Shown here piece by piece: positions 9,401 to 15,978 of a stretch of DNA of 32,000 nt (position 1 is the stretch's first letter; the number at the start of each line of letters is the position of its first letter). A model generated the notes under the pieces. That model had not been told where the DNA came from. It ran no database searches and saw only the letters and a list, made by a program, of their open reading frames with translations. Position numbers and translations under genes: made by a program. The DNA is from Acaryochloris marina S15 (lineage in GTDB: Bacteria > Cyanobacteriota > Cyanobacteriia > Thermosynechococcales > Thermosynechococcaceae), in contig NZ_CP064923.1 in NCBI RefSeq assembly GCF_018336915.1, forward strand, positions 450,001 to 482,000, in the 5' to 3' direction.

Positions 9401-10080
9401 ATGTGCGCCTATGGTCTGTGGAAACGGGGCAATGTCAGCAGGTGCTGCAAGGGCACAGGGGGCAGGTCTGGTCGGTGGCCTTTAGTCCAGATCGTCAATC
9501 TTTAGCCAGCGGCAGTACTGATAAAACGGTGCGGCTCTGGGATGTGCAAACGGGTGAGTGTCTCAAGGTGTTGGAGGGACATGGCGATCGCATCTACTCC
9601 ATCGCCTATCATCCTGATGGTCAGATCCTAGCCAGCGGCTCCCAAGACCATACCGTCAAACTTTGGCAAGTCGATACCGGAGAATGCCTGCAAACCTTGA
9701 CAGACCATGAGAGCTGGATTTTTGCCGTTGTCTTTGGTCCGAGTGGTGCTGGCCAGCCCTCTATTTTGGCCTCTGGTTCGCACGATCACACGATTAAGCT
9801 GTGGGATATCCAAACGGGGGAATGCCTGAGAACCTTATGTGGCCATACTCAGTTGGTCTGTTCAGTGGCCTTCAGCCCTGATGGTCAATATCTTGTCAGT
9901 GGTTCTCAAGATCAGTCTGTGCGGGTGTGGGATATCCAGACTGGAGACTGTTTGACGGTATTGACGGCTCGGCTCTATGAAGGCATGGATATTACTGGTG
10001 CCCAAGGGTTAACCACTGCCCAGCGGATTACCTTGCAAACTTTGGGGGCGATTGATGGTCAGTTCCCATCAGCCGGATAA
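6457..10080 (+). CDS. STAND NTPase: XRE-like HTH, NB-ARC ATPase and 14 WD40 repeats
   Basis: This is a 1207-codon ORF. The N-terminus has an HTH-like segment (STLNRFWSGAAIRSEAFVAICEAVGVPWQDV). NB-ARC motifs are Walker A GMGGMGKTALA, Walker B LIVLDNAE and the GNPLAI motif. A pentapeptide-like linker (ANLQGENLAQVNFKNADLSRTVF) follows. Then come 14 WD40 units and an LYEGMDITGAQGLT tail. Confidence 0.85.
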   Translation: MADSLKASEWGLTLIDRARRIKRWNKTSSAWCRVSYTSRSTLNRFWSGAAIRSEAFVAICEAVGVPWQDVAEPEDNPTDEAASAPSLTPAKPPSLTRQDWGDAPAINDFYGRLPELQLMSDWMLQDHCRLIMVLGMGGMGKTALAANLSYSLTQEFEWVIWRSLRNAPSLEQLLTELIQFFSCQQETAQFPDNEQRLRHLMTYLRNARCLIVLDNAESILQGGDHQSRYLAGYEGYGEFFRWIGETAHPSCLLLTSREQPQGLIAQEGLNLPVRCLRLEGLPLGEGRELFQTKGQYVAQEQDWHVVIQRYAGNPLAIKIVASAIRDYFDSDIGQFLAFVQQGPFIFDDIRDLLARQFGRLTACEQEVMYWLAINREPLSFADLKANLVKNVALNDLMPVLVSLQRRSLIEKTRTGFTQQPVVMEFVTRELIEWVTQEMVDGAPNLLRTHALVQAQAQDYIRHAQESLILQPITNKLLDSLGTRATIESHCQQLLAPLHGQPCQDTAYIAGNILHVLQRLEMDLSGYDFSSLTVWQANLQGENLAQVNFKNADLSRTVFTEILGNILAATFSPDGKLLATCDNNYNIRLWTVKTGQQVTLCQGHQNWIRAIAFSPQPSEIQGEGYLLASACADHTVKLWQVSTGRCLRTLVDHTHEVFSVAFNHDGTLLASGSGDGTAKLWQTHSGQCLLTCEGHQGWIRAVAMPHQRGSQSEQLPPAVMVTGSEDQTIKIWDLATGECLQTGKGHHGRVRSVAFSHAGDYLASGSDDGTVKLWDLQTALCLQTYEGHRSGVYSVAFSPTAPILASGSGDQTVKLWDCQADQCLRTLQGHTNQIFSLAFHPDGQTLACVTLDQTVRLWNWQTTQCLRTWEGHTDWALPVAFHPQGKLIASSSGDSVIHLWDWQQQTTTVTLRDHRAVVRSLAFSDDGQYLISGGTDQTVRIWNCQTGRCEQTFYDHPDWVFAVAWSSISGQEGWFASGGGDPDVRLWSVETGQCQQVLQGHRGQVWSVAFSPDRQSLASGSTDKTVRLWDVQTGECLKVLEGHGDRIYSIAYHPDGQILASGSQDHTVKLWQVDTGECLQTLTDHESWIFAVVFGPSGAGQPSILASGSHDHTIKLWDIQTGECLRTLCGHTQLVCSVAFSPDGQYLVSGSQDQSVRVWDIQTGDCLTVLTARLYEGMDITGAQGLTTAQRITLQTLGAIDGQFPSAG
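8155..9965 (+). repeat. Intragenic tandem array of 14 WD40-encoding units (about 126-150 bp each)
   Basis: I counted 14 consecutive units of the pattern AFSPDGxxLASGSxDxTVKLWDxxTGxCLxTLxGHxxxVxSV in the translated ORF. Several units are near-identical at the peptide level. Confidence 0.8.
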
Positions 10081-10115
10081 TCTCATCTCTGAGGGTGGGG
10101 CTCCAATAGTTGCGG

Positions 10116-10562
10116 TCAAGATAGGGCTTTGACCTGTGCCCCGGTTAGTAAACTCAACCATGAGACGAGAGCTTGCCCAGCTCGATCTGTTGTTAATTCA
10201 CAACCGTAAATCATAATTTCGGTGGTGTTGGTCAAATAGGAGCGCCATTGCCGAACTTGATCAGCGTATGCCCAAAGGTTGTCTTCACCCAAGCAGGTGC
10301 TGCCGATTTGTAATCGTCCTGACTCTCCATTGCAAATCAAATGTAGGCTGGCCCAATCTGGAGATTGACTCAATACGGATTTGATTTGAGCAATGCCATC
10401 GGTTTGTTTATTCAACACATGCACTTCCATCCCTAGAAGGGGACTGGCTAGCAAATATTGATAATTCTGAACAGCAGCATCAACAATCACTAGGGTTGAT
10501 GCAGTTAGGGATAGATCAGCGCTAGGAGGAGAATTGGGTGGGGGGGATTGAACGCTAGACAT
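10116..10562 (-). CDS. Stand-alone DUF4347-like protein
   Basis: The pattern LVIVDAAVQNYQYLL...EVHVLN...DGIAQI...SLHLICNGESGRLQIGSTCL...IMIYGCELT...LSLLTGAQV matches my recollection of the DUF4347 module. That module normally forms the N-terminus of giant adhesin/RTX-like proteins. Here the ORF is only 148 aa. Confidence 0.5.
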   Translation of the reverse strand: MSSVQSPPPNSPPSADLSLTASTLVIVDAAVQNYQYLLASPLLGMEVHVLNKQTDGIAQIKSVLSQSPDWASLHLICNGESGRLQIGSTCLGEDNLWAYADQVRQWRSYLTNTTEIMIYGCELTTDRAGQALVSWLSLLTGAQVKALS

Positions 10563-10867
10563 AGCTGGTTCCCGGTCAATGCAGAAATAGCTAATTCTGA
10601 GAGAGTGCAGTATTAAATGCAGATATCACAATTTTTAGAATACCGAGGCTGACAGGAAACATTGCCTCACTTTTGTCTCAGTTTTTCCCAGTTGCCTCGA
10701 TATCTCTCTACAGCCTTAAAAATAACGAATTTAATCTATTTTGATAAAAAAATAGAAAATGATTGAATTTAGTCGGGCATACTGCGTTTAAAGCAAAATA
10801 TTTCTGCATTTAGTTCACTGGCTTGTGAAAGTCTGGATGAACACCTCAAGTACTACGGGAGAGGCTT

Positions 10868-11476
10868 ATGTCTGCCAAACAATGGGTTTCGCGAAATTTA
10901 AGTCTGGGTGGTTTGATTCGCAATACTGGTAATGCTGCTGGTACCGTAGCGAATATTGGCCTTCATGGGCTGGGTGTAGTTGCAGAAGCTACAGCCAAGG
11001 CAGCAGGGAATCCGCATCATCAAACTATTGGCAAGTCTCTTAAAGTAACAGGAGCAGTGGTAAATATTGCACTGACGAAAACAGGCGAGGGAGCTGGATT
11101 TGTTGCTAATAAAGCGACAGAGTATGCAGGGGCTGCGGGAGGAAGTGCAGCGGCTTTTGGTGCTCAAGTTGTAGGTGCCCAACCCGATACTGTGGCTACT
11201 GCAAAAAAAGTGGGAACGGTTGTTGGAGCAGCAACGGTTGGAGCGGTTGCTGGAGTAGGACTTGCTGAAGCAGCAGTAGCAATGGCGGCTGTGTCAGGAA
11301 CGACTGGAGCAGCTGCTACTTCCAGTGGTCTTGCTGCAATAGGGGGTGGTAGCCTGGCATCCGGTGGCGGAGGCATGGCGGCAGGACAAGCCATTACACA
11401 AAGTATTGTGGCAACCAGTACCACAGCAGGAGTCATTGGGAAGGACAAGGAAGGCACCTTAGGTTCTGATGCCTAA
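10868..11476 (+). CDS. Gly/Ala/Val/Thr-rich low-complexity orphan protein
   Basis: The 202-aa ORF is preceded by GGGAGAGG 4 nt upstream of the ATG. Composition is dominated by A, G, V and T, with glycine-zipper-like runs (GGGSLASGGGGMAAG). No enzymatic motif is visible. Long ORFs on the opposite strand are a by-product of the GCN-rich repeats. Confidence 0.5.
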   Translation: MSAKQWVSRNLSLGGLIRNTGNAAGTVANIGLHGLGVVAEATAKAAGNPHHQTIGKSLKVTGAVVNIALTKTGEGAGFVANKATEYAGAAGGSAAAFGAQVVGAQPDTVATAKKVGTVVGAATVGAVAGVGLAEAAVAMAAVSGTTGAAATSSGLAAIGGGSLASGGGGMAAGQAITQSIVATSTTAGVIGKDKEGTLGSDA

Positions 11477-11514
11477 CGCGAAGCGCTCATCCATATTTTG
11501 CTTTGGGATGTTTT

Positions 11515-13287
11515 AAAGCCTACATTCAGCAGGCTAGCTAGCAGAGCAGATAATATTTTTTACAGCCCTTCCCAAGGAACGGCAAGATAAGTTGCTGCCT
11601 GCTGTTGAGCTTGATGAGATGCTTGGCACCATCAAGCCAAACTAAATGGACGGCCTGAAAGCATTGGAGAATCCAACGTAACGTAGGTTTCATAGTTTGT
11701 TTCCCCTTCTGATTAGGGAGAGTTGTTTGTACTTGTTCTAGTGCATTTCTTAACTGTCGTTGTCCTAAGCTGTAGACCATCAAACACAAGGCCATGATCA
11801 TGGCTAAGGCAGCGATACGCCGAGGTGTCTTCAGGAAAACACTAGAGGCAAAGAAGAGTGGATCTTTGATAAAGCGAAAGCCTCCTTCACACGCCTGCTG
11901 GTTCTTATACTCGCGCAGAATATCATCATTGCTCCATTGCTCTTGTTCCAAGAGATTGGTGGCTAAGATGAAACGACCTGCTTGCCGCCGATAGCGTTCG
12001 ATGACTGGCTCATTGAGGGTTAAGGTAGCCTCAATAGAATAGGTGTAGTGAGTCACAACCGTTGCTTTTGTCGGTCGTCCAGCCTTTGAATAATGAGGTT
12101 TTTTGTGGATTTTGAGATCGTCAAGGGTGTGATACCTGAGGATTTTGCCAAAATCTTGGGCTGCAGCTAAAGCATCTGCAGGGCACAAGAAGGTCTGTTT
12201 GCAGAGGGTTTTAAGTGCAGTAGTTTTTTGGCTAAACGCCTGATCAATCCGCTTTTGCACTTGTTTGAGTCCAGAGTCTCTGCGAGCTTTACTTTCAACC
12301 ACCAGCCACCGTTGTTGAATCTCTCCATAGGTACTACATACTTCGACAAAGCTATAGCCGTTGAGAGCACTGGGGTGAAACTGTGAACCCGGCAGCCCTT
12401 GTAATAAGTCTTGGGCTGCCGTTGAACTTGCTGGAACTCGGCTAATCCAAGATGTACTTCCTAATGCTTGCAGATTGTCGGCACTGTAGAGGGCACTATC
12501 AGCAACAATCACCTCTGGCTGTTGCTGACTCCACTGTTGCTTAAATTCATGGATGATAGGCACAAACGTACTTTTGTCCGCATCATTACCGTTGCCCACT
12601 TGTAAAAATAAAGGAATACCCCCGTCCCCACTCACCAGTAGGTTCAATACAAACTGCTTGAGATCACGACGATTGTCCCGTGAGTAGCCGTAGGTGATTT
12701 TCACGGGTATCGGCTCCTCTGATTCAGCCAGTGCAGGGGAGGGGGACTCAGGTGCAGAGGGGGATTCGTCTGACGCCTCAACCTGTGGTTTATCTAAGTA
12801 TTGCCCCTCAACACTAAGGCTTGTCGCATCTAGATGCGCACACCTTAGAGCTACATCGAATTTCTGAACGACTGCCATTGCCACATGGATAAATATCTGG
12901 GTCACACCATAGGCATAGAGCTTGTCGAGGACTCGACCGATACGGGTATCGTTGAGGTGCTCTGGCAGTACACCTTGACCGAGTAAGTGCTCGGTTGCTT
13001 TGCTTTCGAAAAACTCACTAAATAAGTACAATGGAGCACTCAAAAAGCCCATACCATTTAGAATCAGGGCTTTGACAACTTGACCACAACTAACATTCTC
13101 TTGCTCGTGAGTACCTAATAATCGATCCACTATTTCGACAATGCCGATCTCATCGACGATACCGGCAATAATACCGAGATGGTCAATATCCTGAACGTCT
13201 ATCTCTTGAGGTGAATACATGGACTTGCGTTGAGAGACAACCTCAAAATTATCCCTTGATGGTTAGTACCTGCTGAATGTCGGTTAA
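11515..13287 (-). mobile_element. IS1634-family (IS4 superfamily) insertion sequence, apparently intact
   Basis: The terminal inverted repeats are imperfect. Their perfect 12-bp core is ACATTCAGCAGG (11522-11533) paired with CCTGCTGAATGT (13269-13280). A candidate 7-bp target duplication ATGTTTT lies at 11508-11514 and 13288-13294. The element contains a single transposase ORF. Exact ends are uncertain by a few bp. Confidence 0.65.
11538..13220 (-). CDS. IS1634-family DDE transposase
   Basis: The 560-aa ORF has an N-terminal segment (HLGIIAGIVDEIGIVEIVDRLLG...GQVVKALILNGMGFLSAPLYLFSEFF) typical of the DUF4277 N-terminal domain of IS1634/IS4 transposases. A DDE_Tnp_1-like body follows. Confidence 0.8.
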   Translation of the reverse strand: MYSPQEIDVQDIDHLGIIAGIVDEIGIVEIVDRLLGTHEQENVSCGQVVKALILNGMGFLSAPLYLFSEFFESKATEHLLGQGVLPEHLNDTRIGRVLDKLYAYGVTQIFIHVAMAVVQKFDVALRCAHLDATSLSVEGQYLDKPQVEASDESPSAPESPSPALAESEEPIPVKITYGYSRDNRRDLKQFVLNLLVSGDGGIPLFLQVGNGNDADKSTFVPIIHEFKQQWSQQQPEVIVADSALYSADNLQALGSTSWISRVPASSTAAQDLLQGLPGSQFHPSALNGYSFVEVCSTYGEIQQRWLVVESKARRDSGLKQVQKRIDQAFSQKTTALKTLCKQTFLCPADALAAAQDFGKILRYHTLDDLKIHKKPHYSKAGRPTKATVVTHYTYSIEATLTLNEPVIERYRRQAGRFILATNLLEQEQWSNDDILREYKNQQACEGGFRFIKDPLFFASSVFLKTPRRIAALAMIMALCLMVYSLGQRQLRNALEQVQTTLPNQKGKQTMKPTLRWILQCFQAVHLVWLDGAKHLIKLNSRQQLILPFLGKGCKKYYLLC

Positions 13288-14207
13288 ATGTTTTCAGATG
13301 GAGAATTCTGAGGCGGTATTACTGGGGAAAATTCTCCAAACTTCCATCGTAGTGGGCAAGCATGGCGAATCATCCTCACCTGCTCAATCGTGAAACTGAC
13401 GAGGCACTGGGCTCCATTGAAGGGCTGCTGACGAGGGTCGTCCCACAACAGCTCCGCCTTGCCGGTCAATTGCAGCGTATGACCTTGATCAAAATCTAAG
13501 ATCAGCAGTCCGACTTGAGGGTTGACAGCAATATTCCCGAAAGACTGAAACATATTATTGCCTTTGAAATCGGGGAAGAGGAGGTGATTCGCATTCACTA
13601 CCTGCAAGACCCCTGGTAAACCTCCTCGATGGGAGATATCAGCTCCTTTCTCTGGGTGGGCCGTAGCAATAAAAAACGTATCTGTATGGGTGATCCAGTT
13701 TTGCTGATCGGAGGATAGGTTTGATGTAGATGCTGCAGGGGTAGAGGCTGGCCTGTCACTGGGGTCAGAAAGCAAATAGCGGGTTTGGATGTATTTCGGG
13801 CAGTTGAAAAAGACTTGCTGGGCCTGAAGTTGTATTCCTTGTTCACTCACTTGTTGAGCGTAGCCATTGACCCGTAGACGACGGCGAGCCGCTAAATCTA
13901 GGGTCAGTAGACCCATAGTGGGATTGGTGTGCAGATTTTGGATGAGTTGTGAATCCATTGTGGAGATAGGATTCACGTTGAGAGTCTGGTCACTGGTCAC
14001 GGTTAGAAAGCCGGGTGGACCTGTGATCAGAGACGCCCATAGGTTACCACTGGGGTCAATCGAACTTGCGATCGCAAATGGTCTAGGCAGCAAAAATTCA
14101 GTCGATGCTGGTTCAAATCCTTGTTTGAGAGCACCGGATACTCGTTGAGCGGCGGCCTCAACCCCTGCTTGCTTTTGAACGGCCAGTTCTCCCTCATGAA
14201 AGGGCAT
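13284..14207 (-). CDS. Pyridoxamine 5'-phosphate oxidase-like (FMN-binding split-barrel) family protein
   Basis: The track ORF starts at 14306. The ATG at 14207 (MPFHEGELAVQ...) has AGGAG 7 nt upstream and matches the usual N-terminus of this family. The stop codon lies inside the inferred IS end (see findings). Confidence 0.6.
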   Translation of the reverse strand: MPFHEGELAVQKQAGVEAAAQRVSGALKQGFEPASTEFLLPRPFAIASSIDPSGNLWASLITGPPGFLTVTSDQTLNVNPISTMDSQLIQNLHTNPTMGLLTLDLAARRRLRVNGYAQQVSEQGIQLQAQQVFFNCPKYIQTRYLLSDPSDRPASTPAASTSNLSSDQQNWITHTDTFFIATAHPEKGADISHRGGLPGVLQVVNANHLLFPDFKGNNMFQSFGNIAVNPQVGLLILDFDQGHTLQLTGKAELLWDDPRQQPFNGAQCLVSFTIEQVRMIRHACPLRWKFGEFSPVIPPQNSPSENI

Positions 14208-14504
14208 AGTCAGCTCCTGAACGAGATATATGGATAGCACCCGACATCCCCACCTATTCGGTTCAGATGGTTGGTGAATTCCCTCCAGCATGAGAGGAAT
14301 CATCAACAGGAGCCGTCAGCCAAGGCAATGGTCTAAGGCTAGCCAGACTTTTCTGATTCTTGATAGTCAAAATTAAAGCAATGTCCCCAAGATATCTATT
14401 TTTCATATCATTTTGAAATAGCACCAAAATGAGACGTAAATAAACTCTAGGGGAAGGAAAGAAGAGGTAAGGATATAAGCTGGTGCTGAAGAGGGTTAGA
14501 GGGC

Positions 14505-14520
14505 TGTGATTTATATCACG
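14505..14520. promoter_or_regulatory. CRP/cAMP-receptor-type palindrome TGTGA-N6-TCACg
   Basis: The sequence TGTGATTTATATCACG lies in the 537-bp AT-rich divergent intergenic region. It is about 225 nt upstream of the CpdA-like phosphodiesterase start. It is the only such site I found in the window. Confidence 0.4.
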
Positions 14521-14744
14521 CCAATCACTGGATTAGAACATTACGATCGGGCTCATGCCTAGATAGGCTGGAGAACATAACCTGAGAAATATCCTATCAA
14601 GATTGGGCATGCTCATGAGTAAGAGAAAGCAACAATCATGGGGGCAGGAGTTTTTCGATCTAGCTGATTTGTCACTATCTAATCAGTTATCCTTTAGGTA
14701 CAGCTAGCAAGGATCTTTTTTGGCTTCTAACTACTAGTAACGGA

Positions 14745-15542
14745 ATGGAAAAAACTTCACCTCTATTGATTGCTCAATTGTCGGACTTGCATTTATTTGC
14801 AAATCCCGATCGTGATCTATTGGGGTTGAATACTTTTTCTTCTTTAGAAGCGGTCTTACAGAAATTAAAACGACTTCCTGTACTCCCGGATCAGCTCTTG
14901 CTGACGGGAGATTTAGCACAGGATGAAACCCATATCGCCTATCAACAGATCCAAGCCTTAATTGCCCCCTTGCAGATTCCGACCTACTGGCTGCCAGGGA
15001 ATCACGACCATCTGCCCACCATGAAGGCTACCTTTACGGAGCCTGTTTTTCAGGCCCACAAATCCTATCAAATGGGAAATTGGCACTTTTTGCTCTTAGA
15101 CTCCAGCGTTCCTGGGAAAGTCTATGGAGAGTTGTCAGTAGAGAGTTTAAATTGGCTCAATCAAGAACTAGAGCAGTGCGATCCCCATCCCACGCTGATT
15201 GCCCTTCATCATCCACCTTTTTCAATTAAATCGGATTGGCTGGATCAAATTGGCCTCCAAAACTCTGGCGATTTATTTGCCATCCTCGATAGACATCCCC
15301 ACGTCAAACTTGTGGTATTTGGTCATATTCATCAGCAGTTTGAACATCAGCGCCATAATATCCATTACCTCAGCACGCCATCGACCTGTATTCAATTTGC
15401 ACCTCACAGTAAAACCTTTGCCCTAGATCAAGCACAGCCAGGATTTAGACTTTTTCAGTTACAGGGTGATGGCTCCTTTGAAACTGAAATTCACCGCGTT
15501 ATATTTTCTCAAACATTAGATTTTTCTGCCAAGGGATATTAA
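14745..15542 (+). CDS. CpdA-like 3',5'-cyclic-nucleotide phosphodiesterase (class III metallophosphoesterase)
   Basis: Calcineurin-like motifs appear in order: QLSDLHL, LTGDLAQDE, LPGNHD, ALHHPP and VVFGHIHQ. Confidence 0.8.
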   Translation: MEKTSPLLIAQLSDLHLFANPDRDLLGLNTFSSLEAVLQKLKRLPVLPDQLLLTGDLAQDETHIAYQQIQALIAPLQIPTYWLPGNHDHLPTMKATFTEPVFQAHKSYQMGNWHFLLLDSSVPGKVYGELSVESLNWLNQELEQCDPHPTLIALHHPPFSIKSDWLDQIGLQNSGDLFAILDRHPHVKLVVFGHIHQQFEHQRHNIHYLSTPSTCIQFAPHSKTFALDQAQPGFRLFQLQGDGSFETEIHRVIFSQTLDFSAKGY

Positions 15543-15633
15543 GGTTTTGTTGTTAATTTCATTCCTACACCCGTCTTTCAGTATGCTGCTTATTGGAAGA
15601 ATACTGAGTCTATAACCGCTCAAATAAACTTAT

Positions 15634-15978
15634 ATGCTAGCGCTGTACATGCTTGGAGCGGGTCTGATTTTATCTGGCTTGTTTATCGGTTTGACATGGT
15701 TCGGGGGACGGGTGGTTCGCCGCCAAGGACCTAGGTCGGGGTTTGTGGGTGCGGCCTTGATGGTTGTGCTAGCCCTGCTTCCGTTTGGCTATCTCACAAC
15801 TTATTTTGGGCGGGCATTTCAAGCCAATGGATGGGCCGAACGAGCCTATCAACTCTGTTTTACCGCCGCAGTGGCAGTGCCGATGTTGACGGGCTTATGC
15901 TGTTCACTCCTCTTACTATGGGCATCCTTCGCAGCCCAGCGCCGTCGGCGGCAGCGGCGAATTCGCCACCGGGGTTAA
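15634..15978 (+). CDS. Small multi-pass membrane protein with an Arg-rich C-terminal tail
   Basis: The 114-aa ORF has 3-4 hydrophobic helices and a QRRRRQRRIRHRG tail. No SD is visible and no family was recognised. Confidence 0.45.
   Translation: MLALYMLGAGLILSGLFIGLTWFGGRVVRRQGPRSGFVGAALMVVLALLPFGYLTTYFGRAFQANGWAERAYQLCFTAAVAVPMLTGLCCSLLLLWASFAAQRRRRQRRIRHRG

Noticed and set aside
8174-9813. Numerous 60-134 aa ORFs on both strands inside the WD40 repeat region
   Set aside because: They are repeat-generated shadow frames of the 1207-aa STAND gene, with no independent start signals or motifs.
11164-11457. 97-aa Pro/Ala-rich minus-strand ORF (and 10898-11182) opposite the Gly/Ala-rich gene
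   Set aside because: It is the complement of GCN/GGN-rich codons. It has no SD, whereas the plus-strand ORF has GGGAGAGG and spans the whole region.
14110-14120. tRNA T-loop-like GGTTCAAATCC
   Set aside because: The flanking bases do not form a T-stem or an acceptor stem, and the site lies inside a well-supported CDS. I found no tRNA in the window.
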